A DNA stretch of 63,098 bases, the filler included, from Phoronis australis (Eukaryota > Animalia > Phoronida): the NCBI GenBank assembly GCA_002633005.1. It is 4 parts of 4 records of this genome, joined end to end, with 100 filler letters (N's around TTAATTAATTAA, not from the genome) between each part and the next. Parts side by side here need not be neighbours in the genome. Positions count along the whole stretch, not along the records: positions 25,936 to 54,576 come from NMRA01001039.1; 3 more parts are not named here. The stretch is one strand, 5' to 3'. Made by a program: the position numbers and the translations under genes. Position 1 is the first letter of the stretch; each line of letters starts with the position of its first letter. The notes beneath the pieces are model-generated. The model was given only the letters and a program-made list of their open reading frames with translations, was not told the DNA's origin and searched no databases. Below are positions 37,076 through 49,904 of this stretch, one piece after another.

Positions 37076-40000
37076 CTAAAGATTAAAGTTTACAAATCTT
37101 CACCAGCAACATATTTATATCAATGTAAAATAATGCTTAGCATTAGGTTGAATCAAAGATTTAGACCGAGTTTTGTAAAAATGCTACGTTTAAAATTTGG
37201 CGGATCATACCATTTAGTTCATAAGCAACATACAACATGATTACATTTCGTTCTTGGTATACTTCTTTCTCAACTCTTGCAGGAGTCGGATACTTCCAAC
37301 TGAATATTTTTTCGGATACACAGCGATTACCGAGTGACAATTTCCAATGGAATCTTGCTTACCTTGAGTGCGTCCAAACGCACGTGAAAACGTGCACGAA
37401 ATCAATATAAATTTGTAAAGCGAAACTTTTGCGCAGCGTCTAATTTATGGGATTTTTAAATTCAATAAGTCAATTTTGCGAATGCAAAACTAAGTTTTTC
37501 CAGATGCTCCTCTCTGGCAAGGGACAACAGAGATAACGTTCGTTTTATTTCTTCTCGAAACTGTATATTACTCGAGAAAAAATGATGACATGACAGATAA
37601 CATCAATTGCTGCGCATTTCCTGATATTAGAAAATATAGAAATTTTCAGATTTTGGGGCCCGCCCTTGAAGGACGCCATTGATTACATTCAAGTGGTCAC
37701 CTTTTTGTGTTTTTATTAACAAATTTTTAAGGGACTGCTCACGGAGAGAGGCTCCAATGCTGGAATCGATTTCATTTACTTTCCTGTTTTTTGTGAAATC
37801 GTGCAACCGGCTTTCATGTTGAAGGAGGTCACTCCCTGCATCGTTTTGGGACCACACGACGGTGGAGAGCATTGCCACTCTTTTTTCCAAGCTTAATGAT
37901 GTTTAGCCTTTCATCTTAAGTTGTTCCACTTCAGACGGTACACTCTCTCGGTGGAGCACTTCTGGAGAAATGTCCCTTTGTACATGTAAATCCAACACAG
38001 CCAAGTGCACACGATGGACATTGAGATTCCAAATTCATCAAAAAAACAAAAAACATTCGTGGACAGCAGAGCCATTCCACCCAAACAACACAAAAAATGT
38101 GAAAAATTACTGGATTACTGCCATCGAGAAGGCGTAACTTTTAAGAAAGTGAATTACACCAAAGGACTATTTCCGATGGTTAGTTATAAAATAATTTTAC
38201 CGTTTCCGTAGTATCACAAGAATAGTATGTCTATGTCTTTTGAAGATGGTTACTGTGAGTTGTTTGTAAGGAATTCCCACGTGGAAAACACTGTTGTCTA
38301 GGCTACTAATTGTGATGACCTTCTACACTCGAAAGGGGTACTCAAAGAACTCTCGCAATCATACACAAGGATTGCAGCGTTATTTTTTCAATGGAGTTCA
38401 AGTTTACCTCGTGAACCGTTATAGATACCTCTGAAATGAGCAAAAATACAACCTCATACGAATGCCCATTTCCCATATTCCCCCGGTTACCGTCAAAAGT
38501 CTGCAGAAATTTTATTAAAACATTCCGTTTTGATAAACAAATTCGTTTGTTTTTGATTTTCTTGTTTATGTATCTACGAATATCAATAGATTCATAGATG
38601 ATTTTTGACAATTAGAAGCTAATCTTGTAAGAACTGATGATGTTTCGTTTAATTCAATTGCAGCCTGAATTTGGAAAACTCTATAATCCGATCCCCGAAT
38701 AGTAAAGTACACTTATAGGACGATTTTCGCATATCTAAAATAATTCTCAACGACATTGATGAAATTCGGACTCACGAATTTTAGATAGAAATAACGTATG
38801 AAAAATCCTTGGAAAGGCTGTCTTTGCATTTCCTTGGTGTTTTTCAAGTAGTATTGAGCAATGAATTTTTGTTCTTCAAAACTGAATCGATTGCTTGTTG
38901 CGATTCGCGTGCAAGTCAGTCATGACTGACGTACAAACGTTAAAAGTAAAATGTATCCATGCCCATGACGTAATGCGCCGGCGCAGAATCTCAAGTCATC
39001 CACGGGAACCGTCTTTGAACTCCAGGCGTTCAAGAAGTGTGCACGTTTCTGGGGCACACTATCCTTTTCCCCAGCGAGATACTAGTCGTGTTTCCGAGTC
39101 ACTACTATGAATTTCGAAATAGCCCCAAAGGCCCAATAGCCTATCAGGGACTTCGGGACCTCAGCTTTACAAAAAATTCCTTCAAAGAATGACCATAATA
39201 AAATGCAGTTTTCCTGAAACTATATCACCATAAAAACGAATATTGACCTTAGAGCGAGCGCAGACGGCCGGGTACGACGGACGCGAAGCTGCCTGTCTCG
39301 AGCGAATCACATCTGAGCTGACCAGCAACTACCTTTAGTTCATCGGTAATTTCGTACGCTTGCACTGTGCTATCTCAGCTATAGGTATTTGAGGCCCCTC
39401 GCTACCGGTCAGTGTACTGGTCCTAGGCCCATTCTTATTCTCCGTAATGGTTCACGGTTACTCAACTATTGATGCCTTCATCCCCGGGCGCATTCAGGAT
39501 TTTGATCTGGGGGCAGGGCAGAGTATTAACCAGGGTTTTACTGTCAGAAATTCGCACCCCGAACTGCCAAATGACATCTGGTAGAATTTCAGGGGGCATG
39601 ATCCCTTGGCCACCCTTAAATCCGCCACTGTGTCCCCCACCAAGGGCGGAGGTGGCAGATTCGGTACGAATATGGTGGCATGGCCGAGTCTAAATGAATT
39701 CTGCCCCCCCCCTCGATTTTTGCCTTCCTACGGGTCTGCGTAAAAATAACTCATTCGTCTTGGTGAGTCAAAGTCATGTCGCACTGTTAATTTTTTGTGT
39801 AAGGTTTAGCCCCAATAATGAAGCATTGTTCTTGATAACAGAAAACCGACGGCAGCAAGAAATATCAGGAGAACGATTTTATGAAAAATCATTTTTCATA
39901 AAATCGTACTTAATTTTACTTCCGTTTTTAAGCCAGCTTAACAGAACAAAAACCGGTTTTAATTTAAGTCATCTGGATATACTTCCTCCATTGACAGATC

Positions 40001-43000
40001 ATAGTTTCAAGAAAAACAGTAGCCAAAAAGTTACTATTTGGCAGCATATAAACATAAAAATAATTGCAACTTCCAAAGGAACTAAAATGTCTGAACTCTT
40101 GATTTCGGATAGGTTTCCGGATAAATTGTTTGATGCATGAAAATATGTTGGAAACTTATTTGTATATCTCCAATTTCATCTCACTTCAAGTTCATAATTC
40201 TGAATTGACCCATTCAATTGCAAATCAATAGAGTTCATACTGAAGTGGTCATCCCAAACAAGTTATAAATAAACAAATGCACATTTTGAAGAAAAACTAA
40301 TTTGTCAATGAGGTGAACCATAACACATTTATTACCTTCATTAGATACTTAAGCTTCCAAGTTACACACCTAATCTTTTTCTCACAGAATTGCTAAGTAC
40401 TTGCATGAAAATGAAATGGTAAAAAATCCATTTACTAACAATAGGTATTAAAACAATCTTTGACCAAAAATGACGATCCTGACCACAACGCCAACTTGGA
40501 TCTGATCTTATAATATATGGAGAAAACAGTATGTACACATATACAGTTCATAACCACAGAAATTTAATTGCTGAAAAGGTTTTCACAGGTACAGTTAATC
40601 ATTTTATATGGTGTAAACCAACAATAAAGTTGTAAAACCTGTAAGGAGCAACAAAATATACAATTAAAGCATACTTAGTAACATAACTTTAAAAAGGCAG
40701 TTTTCAAAAGTTTTAAAATTTGACAATATCTCAAAAATTTCAAGAATGGCCAAGAATTCCCAAAATCTAGTATAACCTGCCTCAAAGACAGGTCTTGGTA
40801 TTAGTAAAGGAACCCTATTTACATGAAGATTTCAAAAATCAATAAAAACAACATCTTTCAACGAGAACAAGTGCAGAGTAAGGGAGTTGCCTTAAAAGAT
40901 ATTATCACTCAGATAGCACTGAAGCAGCTGCCTTCAGTACACAAGGTAAACCCATGTATAAATGATTACTATAATCAAAATTTTCAAAACTCATAATAGC
41001 ACACACGTAATGCACAATCAAATAAGACAACTACTTCAAAAATATGAATATTTCATAAAAGAAAGCATGCAGATTCATGAGTTTTTTGAAAGATGTCCAC
41101 ACCAAGATATGTGTAGCTCAGTGAATTTAGTGTTGTTCAATTCTTATGAAGGAAACAATTTCAAATGTTGTATATGTCCACGGTGTACATACAACAAAGT
41201 TTGTTTCTAGGAAGAATCCATTCAGTAACAGGTCTTCATACCTTTCATTTTGTACACAGTTTGCTAATAGTATTCTTGTTCTGATACCACAAGTAAAATT
41301 TACAATGCTTCAGAAAATTACGTCGAGTCATGCACAAAACTTGACTTTTTATTCGCTGAAGCCGAGAGTTAGATTGTTCCACAACCTGTGAATTCAAGAA
41401 CTTGTGTTGAGGATAAGCCTTGAGATCATAGCTGGGCCCGCAAGCTAAAAAGAGCACATTTGACAGGTTTAGTCAATGACATGTGAAACATGTAGTTCGT
41501 AGCAATACATTACAATTATTTTCATTTCTGGACTCATCACATTTGGAAGGTACATGTAAACTCGATAAAGATTTTTCCAATGAAATTTATTTAAAAGTTT
41601 GAAGAAATCCTATGCAGGTCAACACCATATTTAATTGCCATCTCCAAGTCATTATGGGATAAAACAACCTCAGCCAGAAAGAAAAAAAGATTAGATATAG
41701 AGTCCATCAATTAACTTTTGGACAACAAACCACAAACCTTTATGATTTTTGAAATGCAGAGCATCTACACGAAAAGTGGTGTCCTTAAAAAACTCAGGAT
41801 CTCTGTTGAGGCAGTACACAAGGCGTTGTCGTACACAAGCAATGATGATGCTGGAATAGAGAAAATAATAGGAAATAGGGAGAGATCAGCAACACTGCAT
41901 GTTCACAATGCAGAATGAGCATTTTGTCTTACCATGTTTACAAAATAGCGTGAAGACACCCGGCAAAAGGGAACGGTGCCCTTTATTGACCTTAGTGCAG
42001 TCTCTGACAGTGCGTGTCTTGTCTGCACTGTATACTCCATGTCCTCTGTGAATTGGCAATGAGGGAAAGAAGGAAGTATCCTCCACTGGCATGTTAGAAG
42101 ATTCTATGATTGTGTTGGTGTTATTGAAGGGAGCCAAGGCTTTTGTAATCAAAGTTTTAATAACTGGACCAAATGACTCCCTATCTTTCATATGTGGAAG
42201 ACTTTTAAATACTGATGGGACATTTTTTTTGCAAGATCTGCAGGGCACCGTCATCCTGACAGACATCATTATTCGAGTGTACTTGTTGAAGTGTTTGGTG
42301 TACCAGTGGGGAGGTGGTGACCATTGAGCAAGCAGGGTAGACACTACACAGATCTGTCAGAAGTGGCTTCCACACGTCTGGGCTCTTGTAAAGATGAGGG
42401 CTGATACGAGACTTCTCAAAGATATTAGCGAAAAATTGATTATTTTGGGGACACTCCTCCATGACACCAGACATGAATATTTTCTGTTGCTCTCGTGTCA
42501 TTCCTGTTGTAATAAAGGATGAAAGCAGCTTTCTGAGATGTTTCGGTAGAAGTACTCTCTCCTCCGCACTGTTGATAAAACAAGAGTTATAAGACTTGGT
42601 GGGACAGGGAGCACAGTAAATTGATAGCTCAAATAGACAGTCCTATTTTTTAAATAAGACAATACATGAGTTAGGTACAATGTTTCTAAAGCGCCTGGCA
42701 CAAAAAACAGTACTTGAATAACTCAATTTACAATTATGAAATTGCCTCAAATTGTTCCTTTGTCAAATTGTACATCCTTTAGGGCTTCAAAAGAACTTCC
42801 GTGCTCTCATTTGTTGAGACCAGGTTGTACAAGTTGTTTTTGTCAAGGTGTGTCATCTAATGTGTTGAACACGATCTCAAGGAATAACACCTGACAGTTT
42901 TTGCAAATGTAAAAATGACTTCTCATCGAATAAACAAGCTGAGTTCATTCAGAAATTACTGGTCCATTTACAACATGAAAACTCTATTCAGATGCCGATC

Positions 43001-43794
43001 AATTCAAACATAACGTGCTATGATGTTAGCATAGTTTTGTAATGCACTCATGTTCGGTGATGCAGCTTTTCCCTAAAACAACTAACAATGACAAAAACTA
43101 TATTATGTGAATATACAGTAGATTTTAAGGTGTGATGAATTGTTGACGAAGGTCACAATTGCATTTTCTTAACAATTGTCAGGTAAGCATTACAAATCTG
43201 CTCAAAAGATGAACACCATCCGTTCAGGATAGGGCTTTAGCAATTATAAGAGACTCTCACGTAAATGTGTAGTATTACAAAGTTATAGAAAATTTGATTT
43301 TGATGCAAGGATAATTACATGTACAGAAAAGGGTCAAGTCTTCAAGACATAATAAATTACCGTTTGTTGTTGGTATCTGGTGGAAATGTTCCTGATACTT
43401 CAGCAAGTGTTGACCAAGATGATAATTCTTTTCTAAATGATATAGATGTGGCATCCATGACAAACGTATCAGGGTCATCACCACAGTCAGGACATATGAA
43501 CGATTCATTAAAATCGATGTCCAGCAGATCAACAAAAGCATACCATGCCCAACGAAATTCATTGTAAGAAAAGTTAGCTGCAAAGTTTCTGCAACCCAAG
43601 TCCTAACAGAAATGTTTGAGCACAGTATATTCAGTGAAGATAGTAGATCTGAAATAAAATAGATTGAGGTGCAGAACAAACAGATTTTAGATGGATCAAT
43701 AACAAATGAAGAAAGCATTTCAAAAACATTGAAGATGGTGTTCACCGAAACTAACAAATGATTGTTTTTCTAATTAAAATACCTTGTATGTAAG

Positions 43795-43905
43795 TGCTGC
43801 AGTGTGGCCTAGTGGGATATGTGTTGCTTCCATTACTCGAGGTCATTTGTTCGAGTCCCACTGGCGCACACTGCTAGACCCTTGAGTCAGGTTTTCTACT
43901 TCCAA
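43795..43905 (+). mobile_element. tRNA-derived SINE fragment
   Basis: A-box-like TGGCCTAGTGG and B-box-like GTTCGAGTCCC, followed by a CCCTTGAG..AGG..TT core-like segment; no intact cloverleaf. Confidence 0.6.
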
Positions 43906-45308
43906 AGTTTGGATTTAACTATATATTAATAAAGCAAAATAATAGTTCCAAGTGATTAGTGCAATGAGCCCTCGTGAGCCACCTGTGCACGTCTGGTGCA
44001 ACTTGAACCAGAGTGCCAATGTTGCTAATGTCTCTAATATTATAGGGTTCACGTTATGTAACTACTTTGATCTCTTTAAAAGGAAATTTGCATTGCAATA
44101 AAAATGGCACAAACATATTTACTCTATACACAGCTTCAAGCATTAAGCAAAAGCATTTTTTCACCTGCCAGTCAAAAAATAGTGCATATATCTCCTCAAC
44201 ACCTCGTGGTAGACCATGTAATGTCCCATGTTAATAATGCCCACTTCAAAGCCATCGATTTCTTGCACGGTCTTACATTCTGTACACTTTTGAGTTGATA
44301 CTAAAACGAAAAGCACACGTCTTACTAAAACTACTGGAAATATGTGTTTTACCAACAAAAGTATATATTTTTGGTGGTCAATGGTGTCAGATTTTGTGAC
44401 TATATTTGTGAAGAAAATTGTTTAGTCAATTAAATTCTCATTCATTCAATAAATACAAGTAATACATTAAACAAACCCAATTTGATGCTTTTACAATACA
44501 GGCATTTACTGACGCACCCAACAACTACACATGAAGAAAATATATGTTCTATTCAGAAAATAAACAGACAGCTTTAAAATAACCATCGAAAAGGTAAAAC
44601 AAGGAATTAANGTTTTACCAACAAAAGTATATATTTTTGGTGGTCAATAGTGTCAGATTTTGTGACTATATTTGTGAAGAAAATTGTTAAGTCAATTAAA
44701 TTCTCATTCATTCAATAAATACAAGTAATACATTAAACAAACCCAATTTGATGCTTTTACAATACAGGCATTTACTGACGCACCCAACAACTACACATGC
44801 AGAAAATATATGTTCTATTCACAAAATAAACAGACAGCTTTAAAATAACCATCGAAAAGGTAAAACAAGGAATTAAAGAAGCAAAAATAGGAAAAATAAA
44901 AATCCTTCTCAGACCTAGGTCCAAAGTAGAAAGAGGAATATTCAGAACAGTGAACTCTTTGGCAATCTACTGTAAAATCAAGACAACCAGAAGAGTGCAA
45001 CATCCCTCTTCCTCTGCAAAACTTCTTATCTTGATTCACCACTTTTCATGCGATTATGCATGCAACAGAACTAATGACAGTGTTCTGAGTAGTTACTTGG
45101 TGAAATCAAATGAAAATTTAAAGGTAAAATAGACAACAAAACCAAGAACACCAACAACCACTACTCTGAAGCATTTGCACTCACGAACACTGCAAAGGCA
45201 TTACAAATTGCATCTAATGAGACAGACTTTGTTTCAGTTTTATATAAGTATTGGTTAGGGTGAGAGTAATTCATTTTGAAACAGAACCCTCAGTAATAAA
45301 CGCCAACA

Positions 45309-45868
45309 TGGCAACTCGCAATCCCGACTTAGGACGAGCTAGAGCTCATCAGTCCCGACTTCGCAGGTGGATCGTTAAGTTTTACAGGCTATCAGTTCAA
45401 ACAGGAATACAGTGATGAAGAAATACTAGAGAGGCGCCGTGAACAAGCTCAGACAACGGAACGTATGGAGTTATTTGGTAAGCCGGCATTCGTCAGGCAC
45501 TGTCGATGTCTGCAGGCCACAGACACGGAGATGTTTCACGGTCTCATACTTGCTATTTACAGCGTACATTTCATTCTTCACTACCATGAGCCACTTCCTA
45601 AGCATTTTGGACTCTCGAGGAAGTAAAAAAAACGATATACCCGCTTTCCTCGCAGCTGCTTAGTTCGGACAAAACGGAACGATGCACCGCAACGTAGCTG
45701 CATTCACTCTGCATATGAACCACTGACGTCGCTAGCGTCGTTTCTCACCTTCTTCACAGGTTAACACGACACCTCTTGGCAAGGTAAGGTCGACCGTATG
45801 TGAGGCGATGTGGATATAGACCGATTAAGACGGTAAAAAAGACTAATTAAATCGGGTGGCATTCTCCT
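45309..45868. mobile_element. Second, internally deleted and left-truncated Kolobok-type element nested in a KDZ intron
   Basis: + strand remnant GYQFKQEYSDEEILERRRE (KolX-like N-terminus). - strand 45516-45692 reads LRCIVPFCPN*...GISFFLLPRESKMLRKWLMVVKN...HLRVCG (THAP with a stop). Right end is ...TTCTCCT|TTAA. Confidence 0.65.
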
Positions 45869-48800
45869 TTAAGACATAAAATAAATACAGTTATTAAAAG
45901 ATAATAGTCATTAACAGATAAAATGACAAGCTACTTTGACAGGCCTGCCACCCTTGGGCATTAAGGCCCAAACTCTATGGCTCTACATCTTCCGCTCTTG
46001 TGGAAATAGTATCTCGTGAAAAACTGTATATATTAGGCACTACATGAAATTTCTCTATGGGCAACTATGAGCTTTTTAAAGATTACAATGGACACACTAA
46101 CACATTAAGCTCTTCGTGTACTCTTGTACATTAACATACACTTGTATTGGTTGAACATTATTTAGTTGAATATCAATATGAGAGTATGGATATTACAAAT
46201 ACATTGTTGTACCTTCTACTGCAGGTTCAATCCCATTAACTGCATCAAACTGATCCATGATTACTTTAACAACCTGTATGTGTTTGCACCAAGGATTTCT
46301 AAGTACAAATTCTGAAAGAGATTGGATGGTTAAATCAATGCTGGAAAAAAGTCAAATTTTTTCAAAACCATTTAAAAACATTTATGTTTTATTGCTAACA
46401 TCTTACGTAGCAAATGCTGTAAATGGGAATTTCTAAAACATCCACAATCCCAAATAGTGTTATTTTGCAAATTATAATCTTAATACAGGACTTGATGTGC
46501 ATGCATTCCTTAGAAAGATCAATCCTAGACCAGAACTGGGGGATCCACAGATTCTATTGTGAGTTAGTGATACTGTCAGATTATACAACACGAACCCTCA
46601 GTCTAATTTTTACTCCTCTAATTAGATTTCGTAGTCTCACTCATTTTTTCCATGACCTAGTGAACAGACTCATTCTATTGGTAACTGTTCTTCTATTGTG
46701 AATGAAATATGGATAATATGGTGACAATGGAGAAAATCATAAATTACTCCAAATCAAACCTTATCTCGCTTAAACTTAATTTGGACAAAATTCCAAGGTC
46801 ACCAATTGGAAAATGAGGTCACCAAAATAATGACACCCAACATGCCACAATGCCAATGTCATGACCTTTATCAAAATTTGGAAATTAAAGAACATGACAA
46901 ACTGTGCAGGCTTTATGTTGGTGGAAGTGGTATTTTGGAATACCTGGTACTTTTTGACAAAAAGCATTCATAAAACCACTAATGAAAACCCACCAATGAA
47001 AGATTGTCGAATGTGCTGATTCAAGCAATCAATCAAACTGCTGGCAGCGTCACAGGAACACTTAAATACCCAGTAAACACCATCAGCAAACTGTTTTCCA
47101 AGTCTTTTCAAAAAAATGAACTGTTTATTCTGAAAGAAATGATTTTGTTATTATGAATTACAACAAGTTAAATAAACTAAATGGTAAAAAATTTTATCAA
47201 AAGTTCATTTATTCAGCTTCAAAGAAAGGACCAACTAGTGTGGGAGTCTGAAAGTGCCACAAAATACAATTTCAATAGACAAGACTTTACTTAATGTATC
47301 CAGTATTGCAGCCATGAGAAAGAGTGACTTGAATGAATACTGCATTATATGAAGTATATAATAGAAGAGACTGTAATGAAATAGCCTAGAAGCATCCTTA
47401 AAGAACAAATTTTCTTATACGTTTTCAGCAATGGGGTTGGAGTAAAATTAGGTACAAAATGCATTTGTATCGAACACTGTTTCAGAAAAAAATGTGGAAG
47501 TATTTTTGGGCATTTATAGTTGTCACTGCAATATTTTAATTTTATTTGAAGGTTCAGTGTTAGTTTTGGATGTAGCTGCTAATTCAGTTTTGTTTTCCTC
47601 AACATCAACTACCGTATATGTCACAGCCATGATGGTAAAAAAGTGACGTTCAAAATTTATATAAGACGTCAACAGCTTGTGAAGTGGAGATTGTGTTATG
47701 ATAGCAGTGAAGTTTGGTTCAGGTCAGAGTTTGAACTGATCACAAATGCTGAGATATGTGGAGGCATGATGCAGTAACAGGGTAACGTGTGCTTCAACAC
47801 AATCGTCTGTGTCAAGATGGCACTCATTATGATGAACATGGNTTCAGCAATGGGGTTGGAGTAAAATTAGGTACAAAATGCATTTGTATCGAACACTGTT
47901 TCAGAAAAAAATGTGGAAGCATTTTTGGGCATTTCTAGTTGTCACTGCAATATTTTAATTTTATTTGAAGGTTCAGTGTTAGTTTTGGATGTAGCTGTTA
48001 ATTCAGAGTTTTGTTTTCCTCAACATCAACTACCGTATATGTCACAGCCATGATGGTAAAAAAGTGACGTTCAAAATTTATATAAGACGTCAACAGGTTG
48101 TGAAGTGGAGATTGTGTTATGATAGCAGTGAAGTTTGGTTCAGGTCAGAGTTTGAACTGATCACAAATGCTGAGATATGTGGAGGAATGATGCAGTAACA
48201 GGGTAACGTGTGCTTCAACACAATCATCTGTGTCAAGATGGCACTCATTATGATGAACATGGCAAAATTAAATCTACTTGCATTTGGCATTTAACTGCAC
48301 CTGAAAACTTGAATTAGAATATTATGAGTAAATCCATACATGAAGTATACTTTACCAGGATGAAAATGACAAGGCTCATAAAATATCAATTTCACTTAAA
48401 GCAGAATTGAACCAACCTGGAGACACCGTCTTTCATCATTGAAATCCATCACAACCAATGAAGTGTAAGAATCATCAACACACCATAAACCATTCTTTTC
48501 ACAAAGAAGGTTTTGATAGGTCTTGTCAAGAAGCAAACTCATATCCCAATCAAGGTCAGGCTGCTCATGGAATTCAGGCTGCATATAAATCAGCTCATAC
48601 AGAAACGAATACATCTTTACAAATTATTGCTGAAGGCTTAATTTTAAAAGAAAATAGCATTATCAACGTCAGGCGAAATATGAACTTGAAGGCTACCAAG
48701 ATTTGGCAATAAATAAAAGTTTGGACTGGGTAAAAATATGTGATTAAAAAGAATGTAAGTGAGATTCCATGGCCTCAACGATGTACTTATTTACAGCTGA

Positions 48801-49904
48801 GTTGAGTGGACCAGTGCCAGAAAAGTGGTTGGTCAATGGACACAATATAGACTGACTGCAGCAAGGATTGAACTGTAGACCCAACGACAGAGGTCAAGTA
48901 ATTAGCCAAACAGCAATAAATATTATCAAAGTGTTCGTACCATGTGAAAAAGTGTCTTGTCCTACAGCTGGATTTCCAGAGGTTGATGGTGACACAGAGT
49001 TACTTTGTGAAGTTGAAGNCAGCTGAGTTGAGTGGACCAGTGCCAGAAAAGTGGTTGGTCAATGGACACAATATAGACTGACTGCGGCAAGGATTGGACT
49101 GTAGACCCAACGACAGAGGTCAAGTAATTAGCCAAACAGCAATAAATATTATCAAAGTGTTCGTACCAGATGTCTTGTGAAAAAGTGTCTTGTCCTACAG
49201 CTGGATTTCCAGAGGTTGATGGTGACACAGAGTTACTTTGTGAAGTTGAAGGTGCCCTAAGGTTTCTTTGAGAAGACTGAGATCCAATTGGACGCCCTGT
49301 CAGTTTTGGATTTCTCTTGGTTTTTTCATATAAGCTTGAACTATGTTTTTCTGCCGCACTGCAATAGAATGACTCTGACAAGATAAACAACCAAAATACT
49401 TAAAGATAGGCTAACACTACAAGGGGAGAACCACATGTTATTTTAATCTCTCCATAACAATTTCTTATGACAGACATCTAATATCACCTGCAACAAAAAT
49501 AAAACTCATTTTGTAAAAAAGTAAAAACAAATCAACAACACATTACTGGACACTCAAGGTTTGGAGGGTTTAAGCTCGTGATCATGATTTCAACAAATAA
49601 GAGACTATAAGCTCTTATTGCATTGAATAAGCAAAGTTTGGATTTCTGACACCACCTTNTACTGGACACTCAAGGTTTGGAGGGTTTAAGCTCGTGAACA
49701 TGATTTCAACAAATAAGAGACTATAAGCTCTTATTGTATTGAATAAGCAAAGTTTGGATTTCTGACACCACCTTGACGGCGTTTTCCCATTCAGTGACTT
49801 TACCAGACGTAGAGGGTTGTGAGCGTGTGATAACATCTAGCTTCTTTTTAACTGCCAATCACACCCTTTTGTCTGGTATAACATGCAGGTCAATTATCTG
49901 TCTG

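Larger units (their letters stand above)
41245..48640 (-). pseudogene. Spliced KDZ (Kyakuja-Dileera-Zisupton)-type transposase with SWIM-like and CxC regions, disrupted
   Basis: Exons encode VFKCSCD (~47060) plus PWCKHI (~46270), a SWIM-like CxC...CxH; CTECKTV...YFLTG (44165-44290); FICPDCGDDPDTFVMDATS (43361-43648, in-frame TAG near its start); FFPSLP...CTKVNKGHRSLLPGVFTLFCKHG (41933-42503, frameshift at a homopolymer); VYDNA / YCLNRDPEFFK...VDALHFKNHK (41738-41850, frameshift); ACGPSY...LNSQVVEQSNSRL (41245-41444). The D, D, H, E order fits KDZ. The expected GF...ESP exon appears to be missing. Confidence 0.75.

Noticed and set aside
43795-43875. tRNA gene
   Set aside because: A/B boxes are present but there are no convincing acceptor and anticodon stems, and it continues into SINE-like sequence.
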